Shown here piece by piece: positions 1 through 8,750 of a DNA stretch of 40,319 nt. The translations under genes and the position numbers were made by a program. Within the stretch, counting starts at the first letter, position 1, and each line of letters begins with the position of its first letter. The notes below the pieces were generated by a model that made no database searches, was not told where the DNA came from, and saw nothing but the letters and a program-made list of their open reading frames with translations. Origin of the DNA: Candidatus Lloydbacteria bacterium (GTDB lineage Bacteria > Patescibacteriota > Minisyncoccia > Phycocordibacterales > 21-14-all-47-15); assembly GCA_016214545.1 (NCBI GenBank), contig JACROH010000008.1, positions 1 to 40,319 on the forward strand, given 5' to 3'.

Positions 1-843
<843 letters not shown>

Positions 844-997
844 TTAGGAAATATGGAAATCAACAGTCGTTTCCCGTTTTTGTTTGATAGGCGTTTCGTT
901 TGTCAGACAAACACGGGGAATGACCGAGATAACCTTGTTCTTTAATTCTTTAATTTTTTTGTAACCCCGACGTAATGTTGGAGTAAAAAAATAAGAT

Positions 998-1072
998 GCG
1001 GCCGTAGCTCAATTGGCAGAGCACCCTTTCTTACAAGATTGGGAGGTGGGGGTTCAAATCCCTCCGGCTGTA
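998..1072 (+). tRNA. tRNA-like gene between 23S and 5S; best read as Val(UAC) but with an irregular anticodon stem
   Basis: Acceptor gcggccg/cggctgt (G1-U72, G3-U70). D arm gctc-aattggca-gagc. T arm ggggg-ttcaaat-ccctc. A 7-nt loop cttacaa (anticodon TAC) is closed only by ccc/ggg plus two pairs, with a T/TT internal loop. The arm is 20 nt instead of 17. No CCA is encoded. Confidence 0.5.
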
Positions 1073-1220
1073 TCAAATTTTTACAGACGAGAAAGTGCCG
1101 GGGGCACTTTCGTGAGGGATTTGAAACCCGATTGAGTATTCTTTGAAGCGCGAAGCGCGTACAAAGAATCCAATCGGGATACTGAATCGGTACGATTCAA
1201 ATCCCTCCGGCTGTATCAAA
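1053..1220 (+). repeat. 25-nt perfect direct repeat of the tRNA T-loop and 3' acceptor end (1053-1077 and 1196-1220), flanking a 118-nt hairpin-rich insert
   Basis: ttcaaatccctccggctgtatcaaa occurs twice. The second copy has no matching 5' tRNA half. The insert contains the hairpins gaaagtgcc-ggg-ggcactttc (1091-1111) and cccgattg...caatcggg (1127-1178). Confidence 0.9.
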
Positions 1221-1253
1221 CCTTGATTTTTATCAAAATCATCAAGGATTTTG

Positions 1254-1362
1254 TTCTGGTGACTTATCGGAGAGGCAACACCTGTTCTCATTCCGAACAC
1301 AGAAGTTAAGCTCTTTTGAGGCGATGGTAGTCCGCAAGGGCGAGAGTAGCTAGTCGCCGGAA
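1254..1362 (+). rRNA. rrf: 5S rRNA
   Basis: Helix I ttctggtgac/gtcgccggaa, plus conserved ccgaacacagaagttaag, gatggtag and gagagtag. Confidence 0.9.
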
Positions 1363-1395
1363 CAAAGTTCTGGATATTTTGCAAAAATGAGACAC

Positions 1396-1430
1396 ACAAA
1401 ACCCATTCCGTACGGAATGGGTTTTGTCAT
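1396..1430 (+). terminator. Intrinsic terminator of the rRNA operon
   Basis: acaaaacccattccg-ta-cggaatgggttttgt, a perfect 15-bp stem with a T-rich 3' arm. Confidence 0.75.
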
Positions 1431-1461
1431 ACGTTCCGTATTTTGATACCATGAAAGAGTC

Positions 1462-2229
1462 ATGGCATCTTGGTCTACTAAACGGCAATTATTATATTTG
1501 GGTATTGTCTTCGGGACGCTCCTTCTTATCGGAAGTTTTTCATTATACAAAGCCCTCAATCCTGCGCCGTCATGCACTGACGGCAAACAAAATCAAAACG
1601 AAACAGGAATCGATTGCGGCGGCGTGTGTTCAAACGCTTGTGTTTCTGGCGTGCTCCCGCTCATTACTCTTTGGAGTCGGGTGCTTCCTGCCGGCGAAGG
1701 CGCCTATGACGCGGCCGGTTTTATTGAAAATCCAAATCTAAACGCCGGAATCCCCGCCATTGCGTATACTTTCAAGTTATACGATAAAGACAATATATTG
1801 GTTGCGGAAAAGTCAGGAAAAACATTTGTAAATCCCAATGAGCGATTTACTCTCTTTGAGAGCGGGATAGAGACCGGACGTCGCATTCCTCTGAGGGCAT
1901 TCCTTGAATTTCAACCGGGCCCGCAATGGAAGCAATCTATGGCGCAAAAACCGCCCCTTGTTGTCCAAAATAAAAAGTTTACATCGGGAGATAAGCCGCT
2001 CCTTGAAGCCGATGTTGTTAATCGTTCTTTTGACCCGCAGCCGAACGTAATTGTCGTCGCTACGTTATTTGATTCCAATGATAACGTCTTTGCGGCAAGC
2101 AAGACCGTGATAAACCGCCTTGTGCCCGATGCCCCAGAGGCCATTTTTTTCACCTGGCCAAAGGCGTTGAGTGAAAATCCGGCCAGAATTGAAATTGTGC
2201 CTCGGGTCAGTGTATTTAGCGGCCGATAA
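1462..2229 (+). CDS. Membrane-anchored hypothetical protein with an N-terminal Cys motif
   Basis: 255-aa ORF with a TM helix LLYLGIVFGTLLLIGSFSLY followed by SCTDGKQNQNETGIDCGGVCSNAC. No enzyme motif was recognised. Confidence 0.7.
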   Translation: MASWSTKRQLLYLGIVFGTLLLIGSFSLYKALNPAPSCTDGKQNQNETGIDCGGVCSNACVSGVLPLITLWSRVLPAGEGAYDAAGFIENPNLNAGIPAIAYTFKLYDKDNILVAEKSGKTFVNPNERFTLFESGIETGRRIPLRAFLEFQPGPQWKQSMAQKPPLVVQNKKFTSGDKPLLEADVVNRSFDPQPNVIVVATLFDSNDNVFAASKTVINRLVPDAPEAIFFTWPKALSENPARIEIVPRVSVFSGR

Positions 2230-2273
2230 AAAGACCCCGCAGTCCAAAGCATTTTAATCGATACATTCGAGCC

Positions 2274-3392
2274 ATGCATTCCTATGTAAAAAATCTCGAT
2301 TGGATTTTAATATTGGCAGTCATTCCGCTGCTCGTGGCGGGCCTTTTGACCATGGATTCGTTTGTGCACAACAATCCTTTTTTTGGCAAACAGCTCCTTT
2401 GGATCGGTATTTCACTTGGGATTTTTTTTGCATTAAGTGCGGTTGATTTCCGTTTTTTACGGCAGACGGGAGTCGTTGTCTCACTTTTTTTGGTCTTTTG
2501 TTTGCTACTTGTTGCGTTGCTGGTTGCCGGCAGCGTAGTAAAGGGCGCACGAAGCTGGTTTGATCTGGGGGCATTTTCATTTCAGCCGTCCGATCTTTTG
2601 AAGCTCGTGGTTATTTTAATGCTGGCAAAATATTTTTCACGCCGGCATATTGAAATTGCTCATGTCCGTCATATCCTCCTTTCCAGCGTCTATGCGGGCA
2701 TTCCGTTCATATTGGTCTTTTTACAGCCCGATTTTGGTTCTGCGATAATTATTTTTTGTATTTGGCTCGGCATGATTATTGTTTCAGGTGTTTCAAAAAA
2801 GCATCTTGCCTTGGTGTTTTTAATCGCGCTCATCTCTTTTGGAGTTCTTTGGGCGTTTGTGTTCCATGATTATCAAAAAGCCCGCATTTTGACTTTCTTG
2901 CATCCGCTCACGGATATTCATGGCGCGGGATACAACGCCTACCAATCGACGATTGCGGTTGGCTCCGGCGGCCTTTTCGGCAAAGGGGTCGGGTATGGCA
3001 CGCAATCACGTTTAAAATTTTTGCCCGAATACCAAACTGATTTTATTTTTGCCGCCTTTGTTGAAGAGTGGGGGTTTGTCGGCGCGCTCGGCTTCTTTTT
3101 TTTGTTTGGCGTGGTCATTTGGCGCATTTTAGCAAATGCGCTTGTCGGCGCGACCAATTTCGAAATGCTCTATGGTATGGGGCTCGCCATTTTTTTTATG
3201 AGCCATTTTGTAATTCATATCGGAATCAATATCGGGCTCCTACCCGTTACAGGAACCACGATTCCGTTTTTAAGCTACGGCGGTTCGCACTTGCTCACCG
3301 AATTTACCGGACTTGGAATTCTCATGGGTATGCGACGGTATGCAAGGCCGGCGCATCGTGATGCGATGCGCAATGAATTTTTTGGAATATAA
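2274..3392 (+). CDS. SEDS-family peptidoglycan polymerase (FtsW/RodA/SpoVE)
   Basis: 372-aa polytopic membrane protein with SEDS-like strings: FQPSDLLKL, LQPDFGSA, GKGVGYGTQS..FLPE.QTDFIFA and LPVTGTTIPFLSYGGS. Confidence 0.9.
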   Translation: MHSYVKNLDWILILAVIPLLVAGLLTMDSFVHNNPFFGKQLLWIGISLGIFFALSAVDFRFLRQTGVVVSLFLVFCLLLVALLVAGSVVKGARSWFDLGAFSFQPSDLLKLVVILMLAKYFSRRHIEIAHVRHILLSSVYAGIPFILVFLQPDFGSAIIIFCIWLGMIIVSGVSKKHLALVFLIALISFGVLWAFVFHDYQKARILTFLHPLTDIHGAGYNAYQSTIAVGSGGLFGKGVGYGTQSRLKFLPEYQTDFIFAAFVEEWGFVGALGFFFLFGVVIWRILANALVGATNFEMLYGMGLAIFFMSHFVIHIGINIGLLPVTGTTIPFLSYGGSHLLTEFTGLGILMGMRRYARPAHRDAMRNEFFGI

Positions 3393-3414
3393 ATATAAAG
3401 GGGTATAAAGGGAA

Positions 3415-3452
3415 TAAAAAACTCGGTCCCCCCATGAGGAAACCGAGTTTTT
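3415..3452. terminator. Bidirectional intrinsic terminator between convergent genes
   Basis: aaaaaactcggt...accgagttttt, a stem with A-run and T-run flanks. Confidence 0.7.
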
Positions 3453-3453
3453 G

Positions 3454-3891
3454 CTAATTTTCTTTTACCAAACTTATTCTTTCGAGTTCCTCGAGGCCTT
3501 TCAAAAGCTCCTCGCGTCTGGTGTCGACATCGACAATGTGGCTATCTCTGAATTCTTCCGGCGTGTTATCAATCAAAACAAGTATTTCGCGTGTGCACAT
3601 TTTTGCTTTGACCAGGAGCGCTTGCGTTATCGGATGGTAAAACGGCGAGAGAGTCAGATAATATGCCAGGATATTAAGATTCTCGCTGTTTTTTCTAACG
3701 AGCCCGCAATAGGTTTTAAAATAGAGCGATCGAGCCAGGCGTCTTTCTTTTTTACGCATAGTCATTGCTACGTAAAGGAACCGAATGCCCAGAGCAACCG
3801 CAATACAAAGAAACACAAATACCGATACGAGTGCAACTTCTTCCGGCAGCAACGGGCCGATGCGGCCTTCTGCGAGCACGAGTGTTAACAT
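3454..3891 (-). CDS. Hypothetical small membrane protein, last gene of the glycosyltransferase operon
   Basis: 145-aa ORF with SD gggagggg 4 nt upstream of the ATG and one TM segment VALVSVFVFLCIAVALGI. It ends at the terminator. The mirror plus-strand ORF looks non-protein-like. Confidence 0.55.
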   Translation of the reverse strand: MLTLVLAEGRIGPLLPEEVALVSVFVFLCIAVALGIRFLYVAMTMRKKERRLARSLYFKTYCGLVRKNSENLNILAYYLTLSPFYHPITQALLVKAKMCTREILVLIDNTPEEFRDSHIVDVDTRREELLKGLEELERISLVKEN

Positions 3892-3942
3892 GATACCCCT
3901 CCCGTCAATTGTTTTCTAAAAATTACTGTACCAATAAAGTGC

Positions 3943-5088
3943 CTACTTGTAAAGAGATACGGTGTCGTGGAGCATTTTTTGCAATGAGTATGTTTCTTGT
4001 ATACGGCGCGCGCCCGGCTCTTCGGTTGGTTTCTGTGCGGAGCGGTCGGTTATTAATTTTTTTAGTGCTTGTGCGATTGCTTCCGGGTTTTGGGGCGGCA
4101 CAAGGATACCCGACTCTTCACCGACAATATCGGGGATACCGCCGACATTACTTGCGACCGTCGGCAAACCGGCAGCGCCCGCTTCAAGGAGTGCGTAGGG
4201 GAGCCCTTCTTTGAGCGAGGTGAGCGTAAAGATATCAAAGGCTTTCAAAAGTGTGTGGGCATCTTTTTTATATCCGGCAAGAAAAACGGTGCCGGAAAGT
4301 TTGTAATCGACAATTTGTTTTTCAAGAGCTTTTCGCTCTTCTCCTTCTCCAATAACGACAAACACAAATGGACTTGCCGCGCCTTTTTTGATGATGGCGG
4401 TTGCTTCTATCGCATATTTCAAACCTTTATTTGCGGTCAATTCTGAAATAGTGCCGATCCAGATCGTATCAGCGTCTATGCTTTTTGCTTGCGGGCCGAG
4501 AAGTTTTTCTTGAGCTTCTTTTTTCGGCAGAAAATGAATGTTGTCGATACCGTTTGGGATATAGGCGATTTTTTTTGCTGTGATCAAAGGCATGGCGAGA
4601 GTCTGAGCGTATTCTTTTTTTGTAATGACAATAATGCGATGGGCGAGAAGGGTGGTGAGCCATGAGACAAGCCATATCGCGGCGCGGGAGAGAAAGAAGC
4701 GCGGTTCGTTAAATGCCCAGCCATGCGCAGTAAAAATTATTTTTTCCACACCTGCGAGGCGCGCGGCAAGTGCTCCCAACGCTCCCGCTTTTGAACTATG
4801 CAGGTGTACGATATCCGGGCGTTCTTTTTTGAAGAGGGAGAGCAGTTTAAAAAATACGGCAATTTCCGCAAAGAAACGTACGTCGCGCGCAAGAAAGGGG
4901 AGCGATTCAGCGTGAATATTTTTTTTTGTAAGTTCGTCAAAAAGCCAGCCGTCTCCGCCGGCAAAAACGGATACGTCAAATAATTTGGGAGATATCCCTG
5001 TCGCCAAATCGCAGACGTTTCTTTGTGCTCCCCCTTGGTTTGACTTGGTGATAAGATAAAAGATTTTTTTCTTCGGAGACATTGACAA
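3943..5088 (-). CDS. Family-4 (group 1) glycosyltransferase
   Basis: 381 aa. GT4 C-terminal signature SLKEGLPYALLEAGAAGLPTVASNVGGIPDIV (E-x7-E). The first codon is TTG at 5088; an ATG at 5082 is an alternative start. Confidence 0.9.
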   Translation of the reverse strand: MSMSPKKKIFYLITKSNQGGAQRNVCDLATGISPKLFDVSVFAGGDGWLFDELTKKNIHAESLPFLARDVRFFAEIAVFFKLLSLFKKERPDIVHLHSSKAGALGALAARLAGVEKIIFTAHGWAFNEPRFFLSRAAIWLVSWLTTLLAHRIIVITKKEYAQTLAMPLITAKKIAYIPNGIDNIHFLPKKEAQEKLLGPQAKSIDADTIWIGTISELTANKGLKYAIEATAIIKKGAASPFVFVVIGEGEERKALEKQIVDYKLSGTVFLAGYKKDAHTLLKAFDIFTLTSLKEGLPYALLEAGAAGLPTVASNVGGIPDIVGEESGILVPPQNPEAIAQALKKLITDRSAQKPTEEPGARRIQETYSLQKMLHDTVSLYK

Positions 5089-5210
5089 TAGTATATATTA
5101 TATTGTGTAGTAAAGCAAATGCGCAAATTCACGGCGTCGCTTTTTGAAACATTCTATTGAGCGCTTGCGTTACACAAACAGTAGATTTTGCGGCAGCTTT
5201 ATTATACTAT

Positions 5211-6569
5211 ATGCATGTTATGGGGATTGAAAACAGATGGGAAGCGGCAATCCTTTTTTTAGGGGATATTGTGCTCTTGTATGTGGCGCTCTGGGTTTCT
5301 TTGGCGCTTCGGTATTTTGAATTGCCGAATTCGGAAATCATCAGTCTACACCTTATTCCGTTTTCGATTATTTTTGTCGTCTGGGCGCTCTCTTTTTTTA
5401 TTGCCGGTCTCTACGACAAGCACACGCTCTTTCTTCGCAAACGGCTTCCGTCTCTTGTTTTGAAAACACAAGTATGGAACAGCGTTTTGGCGGTCCTCTT
5501 TTTTTATTTTATTCCGCTCTTTAAGATTACGCCAAAAACAAGTCTCTTCATTTATCTTGGCGTTTCATTTTTATTTATTTTGGGCTGGCGCTTATCGGTT
5601 GTCGCGTTTGCCGGTCCTTCACGGCGCGAAAAAGCGATTCTTATCGGCACCGGTCGTGAGATGCGCGAATTGGAATACGAAGTCAACAAAAATCCGCGGT
5701 ACCACATCAATTTTGTTCTGGTGGTTGATGTTGAAAAGGTGAATGAAACGGATTTCAAGAATGAAATTATCAATACCATTTATGCGCAGGGTATTACCAC
5801 CATTGTTGTTGATTTGCAAAATGATAAAGTGACACCGCTCGTTCCGCATCTGTACAATCTGATTTTCTCAAAGATGCGGTTCGTCGATAAATATAAAATT
5901 TATGAAGAGGTGTTTGACCGTGAGCCGCTTTCTTTGTTGGGGGACAGCTGGTTTTTGGAAAATATCTCGCAGGCGCCGCATCTTATCTACGATGCTCTGA
6001 AGCGGGTAATGGATATGGCCGTTTCCCTTGTCTTGGGAGTTGTCTCGCTCGTATTCTATCCATTGGTATGGCTTATCATTAAGCTTGATGACGGGGGCGC
6101 CGTGTTTACGTACCAAAATCGTGTCGGACAGGATAAAAAAATTATCCGTCTTATGAAATTTCGCACAATGACCGCCAATGACCAGGGGCAATGGAGCCGT
6201 GGCGTGAAAAATGAAGTGACGCGCGTCGGTAAATTTTTAAGGAGAACCCGAATTGATGAATTGCCGCAGCTTTGGAATGTGCTTGCCGGTGATATTTCAC
6301 TCATCGGTCCGCGGCCTGAATTTCCGGAACCGGCGGAGGCATATGCCGGACACATTCCATATTACAATATTCGGTATCTCATTAAACCGGGACTTTCCGG
6401 TTGGGCGCAGATTTATCAAAAAGAGGCGCCTCACCATGATGTGGATATCGAGCAGACTCGCAGGAAGCTTTCTTACGACCTCTACTACATCAAAAATCGC
6501 TCTTTTTTGCTCGATATAAAGATTGCCCTGAAGACCATCAAGACGCTTCTTTCCCGGACAGGAATCTGA
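5211..6569 (+). CDS. Polyprenyl-phosphate sugar phosphotransferase (WbaP/exopolysaccharide priming transferase family)
   Basis: N-terminal TM block plus the C-terminal bacterial sugar transferase domain: KFRTM, DELPQLWNVLAGDISLIGPRPE and PGLSGWAQI. Start is uncertain: TTG 5157, ATG 5211 or ATG 5220. Confidence 0.9.
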   Translation: MHVMGIENRWEAAILFLGDIVLLYVALWVSLALRYFELPNSEIISLHLIPFSIIFVVWALSFFIAGLYDKHTLFLRKRLPSLVLKTQVWNSVLAVLFFYFIPLFKITPKTSLFIYLGVSFLFILGWRLSVVAFAGPSRREKAILIGTGREMRELEYEVNKNPRYHINFVLVVDVEKVNETDFKNEIINTIYAQGITTIVVDLQNDKVTPLVPHLYNLIFSKMRFVDKYKIYEEVFDREPLSLLGDSWFLENISQAPHLIYDALKRVMDMAVSLVLGVVSLVFYPLVWLIIKLDDGGAVFTYQNRVGQDKKIIRLMKFRTMTANDQGQWSRGVKNEVTRVGKFLRRTRIDELPQLWNVLAGDISLIGPRPEFPEPAEAYAGHIPYYNIRYLIKPGLSGWAQIYQKEAPHHDVDIEQTRRKLSYDLYYIKNRSFLLDIKIALKTIKTLLSRTGI

Positions 6570-6634
6570 TAGACTCGCGGTAGACTTTTAAACGGTGTTA
6601 TTTTTAATAAAAAGACTCAAAAGGAGGAAATCTC

Positions 6635-7549
6635 ATGGCCAAGGAAAACAAAAAAGCGGTAGTTACCGGCGGTGCCGGATTTATCGGTTCGCATCTTGTG
6701 GACGCTCTGGTGGAGCGCGGGTACGAGGTGCATATCATAGACAATTTGTCGGCAGGGAAGAAAGAGAACGTGAATCCGAAGGCCATACTCCACATCGCGG
6801 ATATTTGCGATTATGAGGCAATTGCTCCGATTATTGCGGGGGCAATGTACGTGTTTCATCTTGCCGCATTGCCGCGGGTGCAGTATTCCATAGAATATCC
6901 GGCGGAGACGAATGAAGTGAACGTCGGCGGGACGGTGAATGTTTTGAAGGCGGCGGAGAAAGGGGGCGTAAAAAGAGTTATTTATTCTGCATCAAGCTCT
7001 GCCTACGGAGACCAGCCAAAATTGCCGCTTACCGAAGATATGCCGGCGATGCCGAAGAGTCCTTACGGTCTGCAAAAATATATCGGAGAACTATACGCGA
7101 GAATGTGGAGCGAGATACACGGTCTTTCGACCGTATCGCTTCGGTACTTCAATATCTATGGCCCTCGGTACAATGCCCAAGGCGCGTATGCACTCGTGAT
7201 AGGGAAATTTCTCGAACAGCGCAAGCGCGGAGAATCGATGACGATTACCGGCGATGGTAAGCAGACACGCGATTTTACGTCGGTCAGAGATGCTGTCCGT
7301 GCGAATATTATTGCCGCTCTACATCCGCATGAGTTTCGCGGCGATGTGTTTAATATCGGCGCGGGAGAAAATTTCTCGGTGAATCAAGTGGCGGAGTTTA
7401 TCGGAGGGCCGACAGAATATATTCCCGCTCGCCTTGAGCCGCACGATACGCTTGCCGATATTTCAAAGGCAAAAAGAGGACTTGGATGGGAACCGCAGGT
7501 ACGGTTGACGGATGGGATTGCTGAGCTTAAAAAAATTGTGGGGATTTAA
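6635..7549 (+). CDS. NAD-dependent nucleotide-sugar epimerase/dehydratase (extended SDR)
   Basis: VTGGAGFIGSHL Rossmann motif, catalytic YGLQK (YxxxK), and SD aaaggagga upstream. Confidence 0.9.
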   Translation: MAKENKKAVVTGGAGFIGSHLVDALVERGYEVHIIDNLSAGKKENVNPKAILHIADICDYEAIAPIIAGAMYVFHLAALPRVQYSIEYPAETNEVNVGGTVNVLKAAEKGGVKRVIYSASSSAYGDQPKLPLTEDMPAMPKSPYGLQKYIGELYARMWSEIHGLSTVSLRYFNIYGPRYNAQGAYALVIGKFLEQRKRGESMTITGDGKQTRDFTSVRDAVRANIIAALHPHEFRGDVFNIGAGENFSVNQVAEFIGGPTEYIPARLEPHDTLADISKAKRGLGWEPQVRLTDGIAELKKIVGI

Positions 7550-7577
7550 TAAAAAATTTCTCCAAAAACAAAAATGA

Positions 7578-7608
7578 AACGCCCAAGCTTAAAAACTTGG
7601 GCGTTTTT
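7578..7608. terminator. Bidirectional intrinsic terminator (epimerase gene / tRNA-Leu trailer)
   Basis: aaacgcccaag-cttaaaaa-cttgggcgttttt. Confidence 0.75.
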
Positions 7609-7723
7609 ATTTCGTCCGAGCGAAGACGAAAAAAAAGAGCCAAAAGGTGTACTGAACCTGTAAGGTTTAATATCGCGCGGCTTTGCCGCGCGAAAGAACG
7701 AGCAAGGCGAGTCCAAACGAATA

Positions 7724-7745
7724 CCTCGGGGGCTTTGCCCCGAGG
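7724..7745 (-). repeat. Conserved trailer hairpin, copy A (partner copy at 23433-23452)
   Basis: On the minus strand: aataaaggtt-cctcgggg-caaagc-ccccgagg-tatt. The flanks are the same as the copy after the peroxiredoxin gene. Confidence 0.7.
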
Positions 7746-7772
7746 AACCTTTATTGTAAGCAAATTCGTTTA

Positions 7773-7854
7773 TGCCGGGGAGAGGACTCGAACCTCCACG
7801 GGTTTCCCCGCTGCGTCCTAAGCGCAGTGCGTCTACCAATTTCGCCACCCCGGC
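7773..7854 (-). tRNA. tRNA-Leu(TAG)
   Basis: The reverse complement gccggggtggcgaaattggtagacgcactgcgcttaggacgcagcggggaaacccgtggaggttcgagtcctctccccggca folds as a class II cloverleaf with anticodon loop cttagga. Confidence 0.93.
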
Positions 7855-7864
7855 GTTATTATAG

Positions 7865-8035
7865 TTAATAAAAAAATACTAAATATCCGTCTACTATCAT
7901 TCCACTTAATCCAAATAAAAAACGAAACAATGTACGCCAATTCACGTGTCCGTTTACTATATCGTACAGGGCATCTAAAGCAAGAATAGTAAAAAGAATG
8001 ACTCCAAAATGATCAAAAAATTTATATATATTCAT
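7865..8035 (-). CDS. Possible 56-aa hydrophobic peptide between two tRNA genes (weak call)
   Basis: ATG...TAA ORF encoding MNIYKFFDHFGVILFTILALDALYDIVNGHVNWRTLFRFLFGLSGMIVDGYLVFFY. There is no convincing SD, and the start lies 2 nt from the tRNA-Lys 3' end. Confidence 0.2.
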   Translation of the reverse strand: MNIYKFFDHFGVILFTILALDALYDIVNGHVNWRTLFRFLFGLSGMIVDGYLVFFY

Positions 8036-8036
8036 G

Positions 8037-8109
8037 TCCGCCCAGTAGGGCTCGAACCTACGACCTTCTGCTTAAGAGGCAGTTGCTCTACCAACTGAGC
8101 TATGGGCGG
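8037..8109 (-). tRNA. tRNA-Lys(CTT)
   Basis: The reverse complement ccgcccatagctcagttggtagagcaactgcctcttaagcagaaggtcgtaggttcgagccctactgggcgga has acceptor ccgccca/tgggcgg and anticodon loop ctcttaa. Confidence 0.9.
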
Positions 8110-8244
8110 ATGTTTTATTTTATTTTAAATGAAGTATAGACTTTCTCTCTCTATCTTTTGATTTCTACCAAGACAGCTATGTGCGGATGTGTTTTTAGGT
8201 TTAAAGAAATATAAAAATTTTAATTGTATTTCGCTTCATCCTTA

Positions 8245-8326
8245 TGCCCGGAGTGGGAATCGAACCCACAACCCTTTCGGGACACGATTTTAAGTCGTGC
8301 GCGTATACCAGTTCCGCCATCCGGGC
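8245..8326 (-). tRNA. tRNA-Leu(TAA)
   Basis: The reverse complement gcccggatggcggaactggtatacgcgcacgacttaaaatcgtg...gtgggttcgattcccactccgggca has a long variable arm and anticodon loop cttaaaa. Confidence 0.93.
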
Positions 8327-8337
8327 GTTTTCTCTTG

Positions 8338-8409
8338 AGGCCACGGCGGGAATCGCACCCGCGTATAAGAGTTTTGCAGACTCTTGCCTTACTACTTGGC
8401 TACGTGGCC
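8338..8409 (-). tRNA. tRNA-Cys(GCA) with unusual D and T loops
   Basis: The reverse complement is ggccacgtagccaagtagtaaggcaagagtctgcaaaactcttatacgcgggtgcgattcccgccgtggcct. It has the U73 discriminator and an A13/A22 mismatch as in E. coli tRNA-Cys, with anticodon loop ctgcaaa. Confidence 0.85.
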
Positions 8410-8415
8410 AGCGCG

Positions 8416-8748
8416 TCACTTTATTGTATCTGCGCGGCCAAGCTCGTCAATGTGCTGGCGATTTTTTTCGCCTAAATCAATCTCAACATCAACAAACGGC
8501 AAGCGGCGAAAATCGGTGTGTTTTTTGATATACTCCCGCAGATCGCTTCGTTGCCGCTTGGCGAATGCGAGCGCCCGAGCCTCTTCTTTTTCCGGCAATA
8601 CGGTGAAATAAATGGTTGCTCGGGTCAGGTCGGGGGAAACGGACGCACGGGTGACGGTGATGAGCGATTGCGAACCCGAATGGTCGCGGAAAAAGGTTGC
8701 CGCAAGCTGGACCAATAATTCATTTATTTTTTCTTGTCGTCGCCCCAT
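8416..8748 (-). CDS. rbfA: Ribosome-binding factor A
   Basis: 110 aa with an RbfA-like sequence (INELLVQLAATFF..., ITVTRASVSPDLTRATIYFTV). It sits immediately downstream of infB, the conserved gene order. Confidence 0.9.
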   Translation of the reverse strand: MGRRQEKINELLVQLAATFFRDHSGSQSLITVTRASVSPDLTRATIYFTVLPEKEEARALAFAKRQRSDLREYIKKHTDFRRLPFVDVEIDLGEKNRQHIDELGRADTIK

Positions 8749-8750
8749 CG

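Noticed and set aside
1196-1220. The second copy of the tRNA 3' end, considered as an independent tRNA gene.
   Set aside because: No 5' acceptor, D or anticodon arms, and no T-stem 5' strand, precede it. It is only a 25-nt repeat.
1073-1741. ORFs overlapping the tRNA-like gene, the 5S rRNA and its terminator (1073..1399, 1306..1488, 1350..1586 and 1424..1741).
   Set aside because: They are explained by RNA genes and the terminator. Their peptides are low-complexity and not protein-like.
3451-3888. Plus-strand 145-aa ORF mirroring the minus-strand gene.
   Set aside because: It starts inside the bidirectional terminator, has no SD, and gives a Cys/Phe-rich improbable peptide. The minus-strand frame has an SD and a TM segment.
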